Shown here: one piece after another, positions 53,176 to 64,000 of the stretch | How positions within the stretch are numbered: position 1 is the first letter of the stretch | How the letters are laid out: each line of letters starts with the position of its first letter | Assembly: GCA_903813345.2 (NCBI GenBank) | Contig: CAIIXF020000001.1 | Span: 21,886,001-21,950,000 of the forward strand | DNA: 64,000 bases | Reading direction: 5' to 3' | Source: Owenia fusiformis | Lineage: Eukaryota | Notes under the pieces: generated by a model | What the model was told of the DNA's origin: nothing | Database searches by the model: none | What the model saw: only the letters and a program-made list of their open reading frames with translations | Made by a program: the position numbers and the translations under genes

Positions 53176-55564
53176 ATACTCTGATGCTTTCGCTTGAAAG
53201 ATTAAGTGTAGCTAAATTAAACTGGCTCTCTCTAAAGCTGGCCAGATATAAGTATTAGCAGTATTACCAGGAGCTTTTCTTGCATCAAAATGAGAAAAAT
53301 ATGCCCAATAAACAATAACAATTTCAGTTGATCAAAATAATAAAGACAATACAGAGAAAGAAATGTCATGTCACCCTACACTTGAAGGAAATCACAGACC
53401 TCCGCCAGATTACCTGCTCTGTGTCTATGCTCAATAAATATTTTTTATCCTTTGAGCCTACTACCAATAGGAGCTGGATCTGGCTCTGGATATGTGGTTT
53501 AAACTGTCACTCGGTAGTTTTTCACAATGAAATTCCCAATAAAATTTCCCCGCTCGTCACCCTTATTTCCTGATTTTTGGAAATATGTTTGAGAAACGAT
53601 AAGTCAATGAGGCAAATTAGAAGTCGGTGTCAAATTACTACACAAGTTGATTTTGAACTGTGAAATGCAGACATGACAGCAATCTTAGTTCAACTAGGCT
53701 TAATCATCCTGATGAAAAGTCAAAGAAAGAAAACTTGGTGAGCCTTAGTTATCGCAGTCCACAAGTTGTAGACCGTAATAATGCCTTGGCCCAGAGACAT
53801 GAAAAACAGTTTTCAGGTCTCTGCTTGGCCCTTGGTCTAGATCGGGATTCATAAAAGTCTTAAGTTGATCAAGAATAAGGGTAATATCCCAGGGTAATAT
53901 CGACCATCTAGTTATACCCTAAAAGCACAATAATTCAGATTGGAATGGCAAAACTGGTCATTCAAAATTCAACTTAGAAAATTGGAAGCCATATCTTCTT
54001 GGAATAATTTTAGTGAACTTTTACGACTTGTTCCTTCACTTTTATCGATAGCACCTGTTATATACTTACTTCAATGTTATCTGTTTGTTCCCATATACTT
54101 TATACACCAGACAGCAATACCTCAGGGTCCAATTTATTGTTACTGTCGTCATATTCGGGCATATTCGACAGCAATTTGAAAACTTCCACCTCAAAACTTC
54201 TAAACCGGAATTTACGTCATGAGGTCATGACTCGCCAAAAATACGATTTAGGGTGAAAAATGAGAGTGCACTTTCGATATCATTTTCTCCATGAACTACA
54301 GGTAGGTTAAAAAAGTTAAGCTGACAAAAAGATCAGAAATATCCAAAATAATCGAGAACACCTGAAGGTTAGTGCTGAAAACCCTGAAGACAAATTTCTG
54401 CCAACTTTTTAGCGGAAAAATTTTTTTTTTGGAAAATTCTTCCAAAAGTATTCAAGTCGGGCCTACACCAAATACACTATTTTATCCCTTATGAAACATA
54501 ACGATGGCTTTATATATCGCAACTCTCGTATCTGGCATCCTAAAAATTCAAACAGAATCAAAATTGATAATTTATGGGTTGAGTTATGGCCTCTTGATTT
54601 GAGGTGTCGTATTTTTCTACGAACTCGTGTACCGAGAAATCGGGATTATATCACGCCACGGCGGAGATAGAAATGTCGCTAACCGAAGCACAATTTGCCC
54701 TTTGGATCTCCTGCTGAACTGGCTGGGCTCCTTGATGAGATCTTGCATGATTTTGTCAGGATTTTGTCTAAAATAAAAACAAACGGCTCCAAGAAAAAAG
54801 GCGATATTCGAAAACTGGACGAAATGTAGTTAACGTCTGACATTAGTAACTGGCTGTCAATTCTAAGTTGGCTATCCTTACTCGAGTCTTTAGCCAATAC
54901 TTGGCTAGAGAGGATTTCATCTGGAATACTGTGAACTCCATTTGAAAAAAGCTGGCCGTGGTGTCATAAATTTATTGAATATTTTAAAAATCACCAGATA
55001 AATAAATCATTAATCAAAACGGACCCAGCTCGGCTCCTTGATGAGATATTACATGATTTCTTCAGGATTTCGTCTAAAATTAAAACAAAACGGCTCCAAA
55101 GAAAATGGCGATGTTCGAAAACTGGACGAAATGTCGTTAACAACTGACATTAGTAACTGGCTGTAAATTCTAAGTTAGCGATCCAGAAGATGTGAACTAA
55201 TTCACTGATCACTTTATGTGTTTTGGAATTTTTGGTGAGGTAATAAGACCAAAACTTGCAATTCAAATTGTGATGTGGAAAAATGGCAGACATATGATTT
55301 CAAATTTTATGATTACGACATGACCAGTTGTTCATGCAGGAATATATATTTACTGGAAGGCCACGAGACAGTGGCCTTAGAAGAAGGTAAGGCTATCCAG
55401 AAGATGTGAACTAATACATTGATCACTTCATGTATGTTTTGGAATTTTTGGTGAGGTAAAAAGACCAAAACTCGTAATTCAAATTGTGATGCGAAAAATG
55501 GCGAACATTTGATTTCAAATTTTATGATTACAACATGACCCATATACAGCGACATGACACACAT

Positions 55565-55907
55565 CAGGGGCCGTGAATTCGTACGATCCCCAATCCAATC
55601 CGGATAAATTTTATCTTTTGGGATAAATCTTGGATTACTAATCCGATAAATATTTGGTGAATTCGTACGATCCGAGGATTAGGGGGAATCCCCAAGATTT
55701 ATCCAAATTGCATTGGAATTCGGATAAAATTTATCCAAAAAGTAATCCACCTCAAGAGGTGGATTGATATTTATCCTGAGATTAATCCCAGGATCGTACG
55801 AATTCACCGATTTTTGGATTAATTCTTGGATTAATCCCACAATGCATCATTACCATGACGAAATTTATCCGGATCGGATCGCGGATCGTACGAATTCACC
55901 GGCCCTG
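55565..55907. mobile_element. MITE rich in GGATT/AATCC motifs
   Basis: CAGGGGCCGTGAATTCGTACGATCC ... GGATCGTACGAATTCACCGGCCCTG. The terminal motif is repeated internally in both orientations. Confidence 0.8.
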
Positions 55908-55960
55908 GCAGAGTATAAAACATGCAGGGATTTATCTTTGGACGAAGGCCACGATATAGT

Positions 55961-57266
55961 CACAGGGGCTTGTCTCGAGGCGTCGGGCAAGCCCTCCGAT
56001 GAGTCTACTGCTTATTAATAGTATTAAGGGTGGTCGGTTTTGATGCTACCTGAAATTTGTAGAAAATGATTGTTAGATATATCAAGTAAAAATATATGGA
56101 ATCCTTTCAATAATCGACATGCTGATTCAAACAACACTAAAGAGTAAACTTACCTAAAATGGTAGCAATCCATCCACTTGTTGCTGAGAAATCTGAATAA
56201 TTTGTTAAGAAGTGATTACACTGCAAGTACCGAATTTTTTTGCAGCCAAATTATTACCTCCAGAGTCGATTTCTTCCCCAAGACACGTCCACTGTTAAAA
56301 ATTGGTAGTTCCTAGAGTTCTTTGTTTCCTTAGGTTCATTCCCGTATGTTATTTTTAACGAAGGAGAGCCTATAACGACTGCTATACGCAAAAAGATGCA
56401 TGAAATTAAGTTTCGAAACTGAAAGTTGAAAAATGGCGACTTTCCCGTGTTCTATGCGCATGCGCAAAAATGAAAGTACTTCATTCCCACAATTCAGAAG
56501 GATTCGAATTACTTTTCGGCGGTTGGTTCGGTTATACTTAGATACCAAATGAAAGATTATTGCCAAGGAATGGAAAACGTATTTCGAAGATGAGAGTTAT
56601 TTGTTTTATCACTAAAGGAAAAAATTTCAGCAATATTAGGTGCATCATGGGAAGGGATTGCTGTGAAATAATGAACGCAAGTGACATCTATCTAAAAATA
56701 TATGTGTAGTTATTGCGCATGCGTTCATATAATATGAACTAATCAAATTGCTGGATTGAACGCACCTGCGCATAGAACACGGGAAAGTCGCCATTTTTCA
56801 ACTTTCAGTTTCGAAACTTAATTTCATGCATCTTTTTGCGTATAGCAGTCGTTATAGGCTCTCCTTCGTTAAAAATAACATACGGGAATGAACCTAAGGA
56901 AACAAAGAACTCTAGGAACTACCAATTTTTAACAGTGGACGTGTCTTGGGGAAGAAATCGACTCTGGAGGTAATAATTTGGCTGCAAAAAAATTCGGTAC
57001 TTGCAGTGTAATCACTTCTTAACAAATTATTCAGATTTCTCAGCAACAAGTGGATGGATTGCTACCATTTTAGGTAAGTTTACTCTTTAGTGTTGTTTGA
57101 ATCAGCATGTCGATTATTGAAAGGATTCCATATATTTTTACTTGATATATCTAACAATCATTTTCTACAAATTTCAGGTAGCATCAAAACCGACCACCCT
57201 TAATACTATTAATAAGCAGTAGACTCATCGGAGGGCTTGCCCGACGCCTCGAGACAAGCCCCTGTG
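55961..57266. mobile_element. 1306-bp foldback element with ~500-bp TIRs and 8-bp TSD GATATAGT (P- or hAT-like, non-autonomous)
   Basis: 55961-56460 is the reverse complement of 56767-57266 with no mismatch noticed. TSD at 55953-55960 and 57267-57274. Ends CACAGGGG / CCCCTGTG. Confidence 0.93.
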
Positions 57267-57477
57267 GATATAGTGGCCTTAGAAGAAGGTAAGGTCAGAA
57301 GGTTTGGCTAGGATTTCCAAAAAATCCAAAAAAAGTCTGATCATTGTCACAGGATCTTGTAGCACGTTGGGAAAATCAGACTTTACTAAAAATGCTTCCC
57401 AAATTTGACAGTCATCCCCGTTTGCCATGGTTTTATGAGATATATCTCAAATTATGTATAGTTCAAAACATACTCAC

Positions 57478-57543
57478 GTAAGCTCTTATATGAGTAAAAG
57501 TGCGAATTTTTGCCAAGAGGTTTTTTGAGATTTTTGCAGCCAT
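57478..57543 (-). CDS. Orphan first coding exon MAAKISKNLLAKIRTFTHIRAY (mitochondrial presequence-like), probable DBT exon 1
   Basis: AAACATGGCT start context, phase-0 GTGAGT donor, basic peptide with no acidic residues, head-to-head with ARMC7. Confidence 0.6.
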
Positions 57544-57854
57544 GTTTGTTGCAGTAAAAGTCTAAACGTCACTACGGTTCATTTATAATCTTTAATTTTT
57601 CTATTCAATTTAGTCAGATTGACTAGCTTCCAACCAAAACAAAATAAAATTCTAACGAACAATTGGCTAAAATGTGCTATATTTATTCATTTCCTAAATC
57701 AAAAAGTATAAACTGTTTGTTGTTTGCTTTTGTAGTATTTGCAACTCAACTTCCGGTCGGTCAATATACGTTCGGTAATCTGATGCTTAGTTTCTGAAAT
57801 GCGGGTGATTTGACAAAAATTACTTGTTATTGCTGTTTTATTCAGATTTTGAGT
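57544..57854. promoter_or_regulatory. Probable bidirectional promoter
   Basis: About 310 bp between divergent ATGs, locally CpG-containing, ETS-type ACTTCCGG at ~57749. Confidence 0.55.
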
Positions 57855-60800
57855 ATGTTTAGCACGAAGGAATATCTCGATAAGAAAACCGGACCATATG
57901 GCATCGGACGATTGAGCTATCTGCAAGCCCTAGTGAACGAATTTCAAGAAACAAAGAGTGAAAGTAGATATGCATTTTCTTGTTTGTACAAAATTAAATA
58001 AATCATGGAATTATTTCCTAGTACATCAAAAGCACTACTGAGTGAGTGAGGTATCTTTAGTATGTTTTAAAAATATTTATCTAGGATTAAAAAATCTTTA
58101 GTCTCTAGCAACGTTTATTACACATTTTACCGAAATGAGATGAAATGAAATACAATACAAAACGATACCTGATGCAGACTTGCCAACTTCCCGTTTTTTT
58201 ACGGGAATCTCCCGTAAATTTTTGGTTTTTCCGTAAAAAATACCAAACTCCCGTACCGTTTTCTCCCGTAAAAACTCCCGTAAACTCCCGTACCGTATTT
58301 CTACTAAAAACCCTGTAATTTTTTTAAAAAATATGGCCGTAAAATCTCCCATATTTTTGCTGAAATCTCCCGTAAAATCTCCCGTATTCTGGTTTAACTC
58401 CCGTAAAATCTCCCGTATTCTTGGTATAACTCCTGTAAAATCTCCCGTTTTCTGGTATAGCTCCCGTAAAATCTCCCATATTCTTGGTATAACTCCCGTA
58501 AAATCTCCGTTTTTTTGCTGTCGAAATCTACCGTATTTAAAAGGAATTTGACAAAGGACCTTATACACCCGCCATTGGGATCTCCCCATGGGAAAAAAAT
58601 AATTCATCTGATTTTTCAAAATAAGTATTCTGCTTCAATTATTACATTTATATGCACACTAGTATCTTGTTGACCTATATTCAGCACTGTATTGATGTAT
58701 AGGCCACTTATTAGGGTCATAATTCAATCATGAAGTGTAGAGGCATAGATTCCAAACCAGGAAGTATTTTTGTGTCCGTCAAAATCCATTTACATCCTAG
58801 GCATCCCTGCATCTTATCCAAATATGTTACTACATAATGAAATATAATAGTATAATCTTTGGTTTTACAAACTTGTATGGTATGTGATAAGTGTAAAAGT
58901 TGTTTTTGGAGCATTTTTCTATAGCCATTTTGTAGGGAAAAAAATGATGAAAAAATGTACAATCTTTTAATTTTAAGTATGACCTGAATCGATTGCAAAC
59001 CTCATATTTGCACATTTGATGAGATAAACCATTTGTGTCGTATTGTGAAATTATTAAGTTTGCAATCGATTCAGGTCATAGTGTATTTTTGGTATTTCTG
59101 TGATAATCAATTGAAACCAATGGCCTCTATTGGGATCTGCTGATATCCTCATGTTAAGTCAATGGTGCACAGCCCCATGTAAGTCAATACAACCTTACTG
59201 AACGAAATGATCCCTATCTCAGCTTATGTGTGTCCGAGCACTTTAATATTTTCCAAAGTATTATATGACATTTTATTCTTCATGTTACACCTACGAATGA
59301 TTCATTTTGACCATAGGGATATATGCCAATAATTGCACCTTGTCCTTTGCAGGCACGCTTCTTTCTTTTACTCCAAGAAGGATTGGCTCCCATGGTTCAC
59401 TATCGATACTTTCATAAATAACTTAAAAGTACTTCATTCCCATTGGATTCAAATTGCTTTTCTGCGATCAGTTCGGTATAAGTTTGCACACCAAATGTCC
59501 ACAAACGGGGGCCAGTTCATATTCTGTCATACTTCTGTCGGGAGAATACATTTTGTTTTTATATGGCGCTAAACAAAATATTCCCGCAATATAAGGCGCA
59601 TCTTGGGTAGGGACTGCTGTGAAATAATGAACGTAAGTGAAATCTATCTTAGATTATAAGTTCTAATTTATTTATTAACTGCGCATGCGTCATAATAATT
59701 TCAACCAATTAAATCGCTGGATTTAATGCTCATGCGCGAAAAACCGAACCTAAAAATGGAACCTCATGCAGATTGCCCTTAGCATAATAGTGAACGCCAC
59801 ATATACATTTTACTTAGCTTTGATCAATTCGTTTCTACCGTTTTTTCAGAAATCTACAGTAAAAACTCACGTTTTTTTCAAAATCTACCGTAAAAACACC
59901 CGTTTTTTCAGAAACCTACCGTAAGATCTCCCGTTTTTCCGAAATCTACAGTAAAAACTCCCGTTCTTTCAAAATCTACCGTAAAAACTCCTGTTTTTTT
60001 CAAAATCTAAAGTAAAAACTCCCGTTTTTTTCAAAATCGAAAGTAAAAACTCCTGTTTTTCAGAAATCTACCGTAAAAACTCCAGTTTTCTCGAAATCTA
60101 CCGTAAAAACACCAGTTTTTCAGAAATCTACAGTAAAAACTCCCGTTTTTTCAGAAATCTACCGTAAAAACTCCCGTTTTTTCAGAAATCTACCGTAAAA
60201 ACTTCTGTTTTTTTTAAAAATCTACCGCAAAAACTCCCGTTTTTCAAAACCTACCGTAAAAACTCCCGTTTTTCAGAACCTACCGCAAAAACTCCCGTTT
60301 TTTCTGAAATCTTCCGTAAAAAAGTCACGTTTTTTTAATTTACCGCGAAAAATACCCTTTTTAAAAAATCTCCCGTAAAAACTCCAGTTTTTTCAAAATC
60401 TCCCCTAGAAACTCCTGTTTTTTTCAAAATTTACCGCAAAAGCTCCAATTTTTTTAAATCTCCCGTATTTCGAAAAATCTCCCGTAAAAACTCCCGCTTT
60501 TTCTCAAAAAACTCCCGCAAAAACTACCGGATTTTGAAAAAAACTCCCGTAAAAGTACAGCAATTTTTTTTAAATCTCCCGAAAAATTTTCATTTTAGGT
60601 TGGCAAGTCTGCCTGATGTAACCTCATTCGATCACGCTCTTAATGTACTTCAAAATAAACATGAAGTTGATGTTGGACATTTTGAAACACCTTGGCACTT
60701 CCATGGCACTTCTTAAAAAATGTAAGCCTTATTTTCTAAAAAGAGGATCTTGTTTTTCTCAATTTAAACATATAGAAAGTCTCCTCTACATTATATTAAC

Positions 60801-63733
60801 AATTTCGTCCGTCCGGGCAATAACTCAAATACCATTGGCCCGATTTTGTTCATATTTTGTACACATATACCCAATAGGAGTAGAAGTTCTGCTCGAAAGC
60901 CGATTTTCAAAATGGCCACTTGTTTAAAAATGGCGGCCATTTTAGTGCCGATTTTACAGTAATTTAGGTACTGCATATAAAACTGTAATAGCGATATGTT
61001 TTAAATGTAAAAAAGTTATATAGGACATTGATTAAGCTAGAAATGTAAATATAGAAGAAATACATGGCAGCCATCTTGTAAAATGGCTGCCTTTGCACGT
61101 CATTTAACGATTTTTGCTGTAACTTCAAAAGTAGTGGAGCGATTTTGTTCATATTTGGTATGTGAATATTTTAAGCATGGCACAATGTCTAATGACATTT
61201 TGGGTAGTAGATGGCCGCCATTTTTACGTGTGTTATTTAACATTTTTTACTGTAACTCAAAAAGTAGTGGAGCGGTTTTGTTCAAATTTGGTATGTGAAT
61301 ACTTTAAGCATGGCACAATGTCTAATCACATTTTGGGTACTAGGCAGCCATTTTGAAAAATGGCCGCCATTTTTACATGTGTTATTTTACATTTTTTACT
61401 ATAACTCAAAAAGTAGTAGAGCGATTTTGTTAATATTTAATATGTGAATACTTTAAGCATGGCACATTGTCTAATAAAACTTTGGGGAGTAGTCGGCCGT
61501 TTTGAAAAACAACCACCATTTTTATGTGTGTTATTTTACATTTTCAAAAAGTAGTAGAGCGATTTTGTTCATATTTGATATATGAATACTCATAAGCATT
61601 GCATACTGTCTAATGACATTTTGGGTAGAAGGTGGCCATTTTAAAAAAATGGCGACCATTTACAAGTACATGTGTGTGATTTTTAAATTTTTTTTATAGG
61701 TGGCTACTTAAAAGCATATTACTTTTTCTGAATGGCAACTTGGCTAGTGAGCAACCATTTTGAAAATGGTGGCCTTTCTTATGTGTGTTGTTTTATGATA
61801 TTTGCTATATATTTCGTTTGGAAAAAAGCCAGCCATTTCTGTTTGATGGGATTTGCTACTCTTTGGCGTTGCCGTTGTTCTGGTTTCCTCTTGCCCTCTT
61901 TTGTGGCTACCTGTTGAAAACATTGACCAGTTGGAGGGGTTGGTCTTTTTTGTAAACCATAGGTTTTTCCATATCTTGTTCCGTATCTTGGAATTGGCAT
62001 TTGCAAGTTTTCATACCTATTAGGTCTTGGATAATCTATTGGACTGTGTCACTTATACACATGCATACTGAAAAAATCTTTCTGTTAATATCTTTGGTTA
62101 TTATTTTAGGTGCAAAGGAAGAAGTTCTTGCTAATCTGGCTAATTTCTCATACGACCCCATCAACTATGATTTTCTGAGACGACTGGGAGTGATTGACCT
62201 ATTTTTGGGTATGCATCATCATAAATTTTGTGTAAATTGACATAGATGGATTCCCATATAAATATACCAGTACACGTAGTGGTTTCATTCAATGCAATTT
62301 CTAACAGCATAGGCAAAATGTTGAAAATCTTTTATCTACTCTCTTGAAAGCCCATGAGTAAAAGTAACAATAGATGTAAACACCTTAGTTTGTAATAATT
62401 TTGAAATATATGAAAGCATCTAGGCCTGGAACTGGAATGTCAGCCTATAAATTTCACATTTTATATATTTCATAGAATATTGTTATTTGAATATTTTCTT
62501 TCAGACAATCTCACAGAGAACAATACAAAACTTGTGCAGTTTGCTGCTGGAGGTATATGTAATATTTGTCTTGGTAAGTTAGAGATGATTCCATTTGTCA
62601 TTTGATTGATTATATCAGATCAGTAAAGATTGACCATTTTGACATTTGGTTCCTCAGGTTGATTATATGTAACAATACCAACTGTGATAGTTCTGTGAAA
62701 AGATTAGCTGTAAAGGCTTCAGACTGCAGTTAGAGTCTCGCACTACTTTACAGGGAATCTGTAAAGAGCAAATAGCCTCAACTCATCCTGAAGAAAGTTT
62801 TGATATAATTCTCATAATGTCAGCTGTTCCAGGGGTCTACCAATATCAGATATTCCCATCATGTAGTTATATTGTTACTGTATATAAGGCAGTAGTATTA
62901 CAACTATATTTCCAGATAAAGAAAACAAAGAGTATATCTTAAAGAATGATGGAGTCCACCTTCTGAAGCAGTGTTTGGTCAGGTATTCATGTTCATAACA
63001 ATATTTAATCTTACTTTAGTTATGATGGCTTATATAAAGCTTTTGTGTAATATATGAAAGTTTAATATTATCAATAGTGTTGGAAAATAAAAGAAAGTGA
63101 TCAGACTGTCAAACATACTAGAATTTTGGTTAGACAGAAATATTCTCAATATTTGATATGTTTCAGTGATGATGAAGATACAGTGATGTCAGCGATAACC
63201 TCCCTGATGTATCTCGTGACTCCACAATCAAAACCTGGTAAGACACAAATATTGCATGAAGTGGAGTTGGATATCTGTACATTTTGTAGTTCTCAGAGTA
63301 AGTTGAAAACATAACTCAGGAGTATGTAAAGATACCCAGCATTCACTTTATTCAATATTTTCTTTAGAATTTCCATGTCCCCATTTAACACACTTTATGC
63401 TTTTTGTTCTTAATCATAGTTTGAAGAAGGGAGTTACCCAGAATTCAAAGATGAACCTGTCTTCATGTAAAGATGAATCTCTACATTCATCTTTTCATAC
63501 TGATAGGTTCACCTTTGAATTTTTGGTTATTTCCTCCTCTTCATAGTAGATACAGTATACTGTTGGACATTTTTTCTATTCTGAAAGGAAAAATATTCTA
63601 TATTTATTCTATTGTTTTTCATTAATTTCTATGTTTTTCAGAAATCACAAGTCCTCCTGTAGTGGCTCACATGACTCAGCTATCCACAAGTCCAGATAAG
63701 CGCATCAGTAACCTAGCAACAGTCTTTCTTCAA
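57855..63733 (+). CDS. ARMC7: Armadillo repeat-containing protein 7 (3' end beyond window); exons ~57855-57963, 62110-62208, 62505-62573, 62916-62982, 63166-63237, 63642-63733
   Basis: [92 protein letters not shown] and [11 protein letters not shown] match ARMC7 motifs. Confidence 0.92.
58175..60611. mobile_element. 2.4-kb TIR element in ARMC7 intron 1 with subterminal minisatellite arrays
   Basis: CCTGATG|CAGACTTGCCAAC ... GTTGGCAAGTCTG|CCTGATG (13-bp TIR, 7-bp direct repeat). CTCCCGTAAAA-type arrays at ~58190-58535 and ~59835-60580. Confidence 0.85.
60800..61775. repeat. Repeat with four ~135-150-bp tandem units and many AAAATGGC(G/C)GCCATTTT motifs (HINE/Helentron-like layout)
   Basis: AAAAGTAGT(G/A)GAGCG(A/G)TTTTGTT at ~61127, 61260, 61408 and 61547, preceded by CGTCCGTCC at ~60806. 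Confidence 0.7.
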
Positions 63734-64000
63734 GTAAGCCAACTCTTAAATGTCCAAAATGTATATGAAGATGCACTGTGTCTGTATCATACTTTAACTT
63801 TATGTATGTATGTGTTTGTAAGCATCAAATGCAAATGTCTAAAAAATGTTAACTCAAAAAAAGAAAAAAAGTCCATCATTGTTCATAGCTATAACAGTAT
63901 GTGTACATGTATTAATAAATCACATTTCTTATTCAACTCCATTGCGTTCTATTGGACCAACTTGTGGAAGAAATGGAGGTCAACTCAAAAATCATAATTA

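Noticed and set aside
58098-58619. 173-aa ORF with GDFTG repeats
   Set aside because: Translation of the subterminal minisatellite of a TIR element.
57855-63733. U12-type introns in ARMC7
   Set aside because: Donors read GTAGAT, GTATGC, GTAAGT, GTATTC, GTAAGA and GTAAGC; none matches RTATCCTT.

Overview
AT-rich animal genomic DNA with GT-AG spliceosomal introns, most likely a marine invertebrate bilaterian (inference from gene content and repeat types; the species cannot be determined here). Gene order: decayed LINE fragments (1-4.9 kb), DNAJC21 (-), SPO11 (-), an EGF-CFC/Cripto-like Nodal co-receptor gene (+), DBT (-), TMEM26-like (-, apparently nested in DBT intron 1), an intron-containing ATP synthase alpha pseudogene (-), and ARMC7 (+, runs off the window). 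Many non-autonomous TIR elements are interspersed. The most notable observations are: (1) a complete EGF-CFC gene lacking the EGF threonine that vertebrate Cripto needs for Nodal signalling, with a His/Lys-rich stalk; (2) a 7-copy 109-bp tandem array that multiplies a DBT splice acceptor; (3) a probable ~24-kb DBT first intron holding a same-strand gene and a pseudogene; (4) a 1.3-kb foldback element with ~500-bp TIRs and NRF1-type motifs beside the bidirectional promoter; (5) a TTAA-flanked Kolobok-like element with a decayed unrecognised ORF. No prokaryotic features, CRISPR arrays or RNA genes were supported. Exon boundaries were read by eye and may be off by a few bases.
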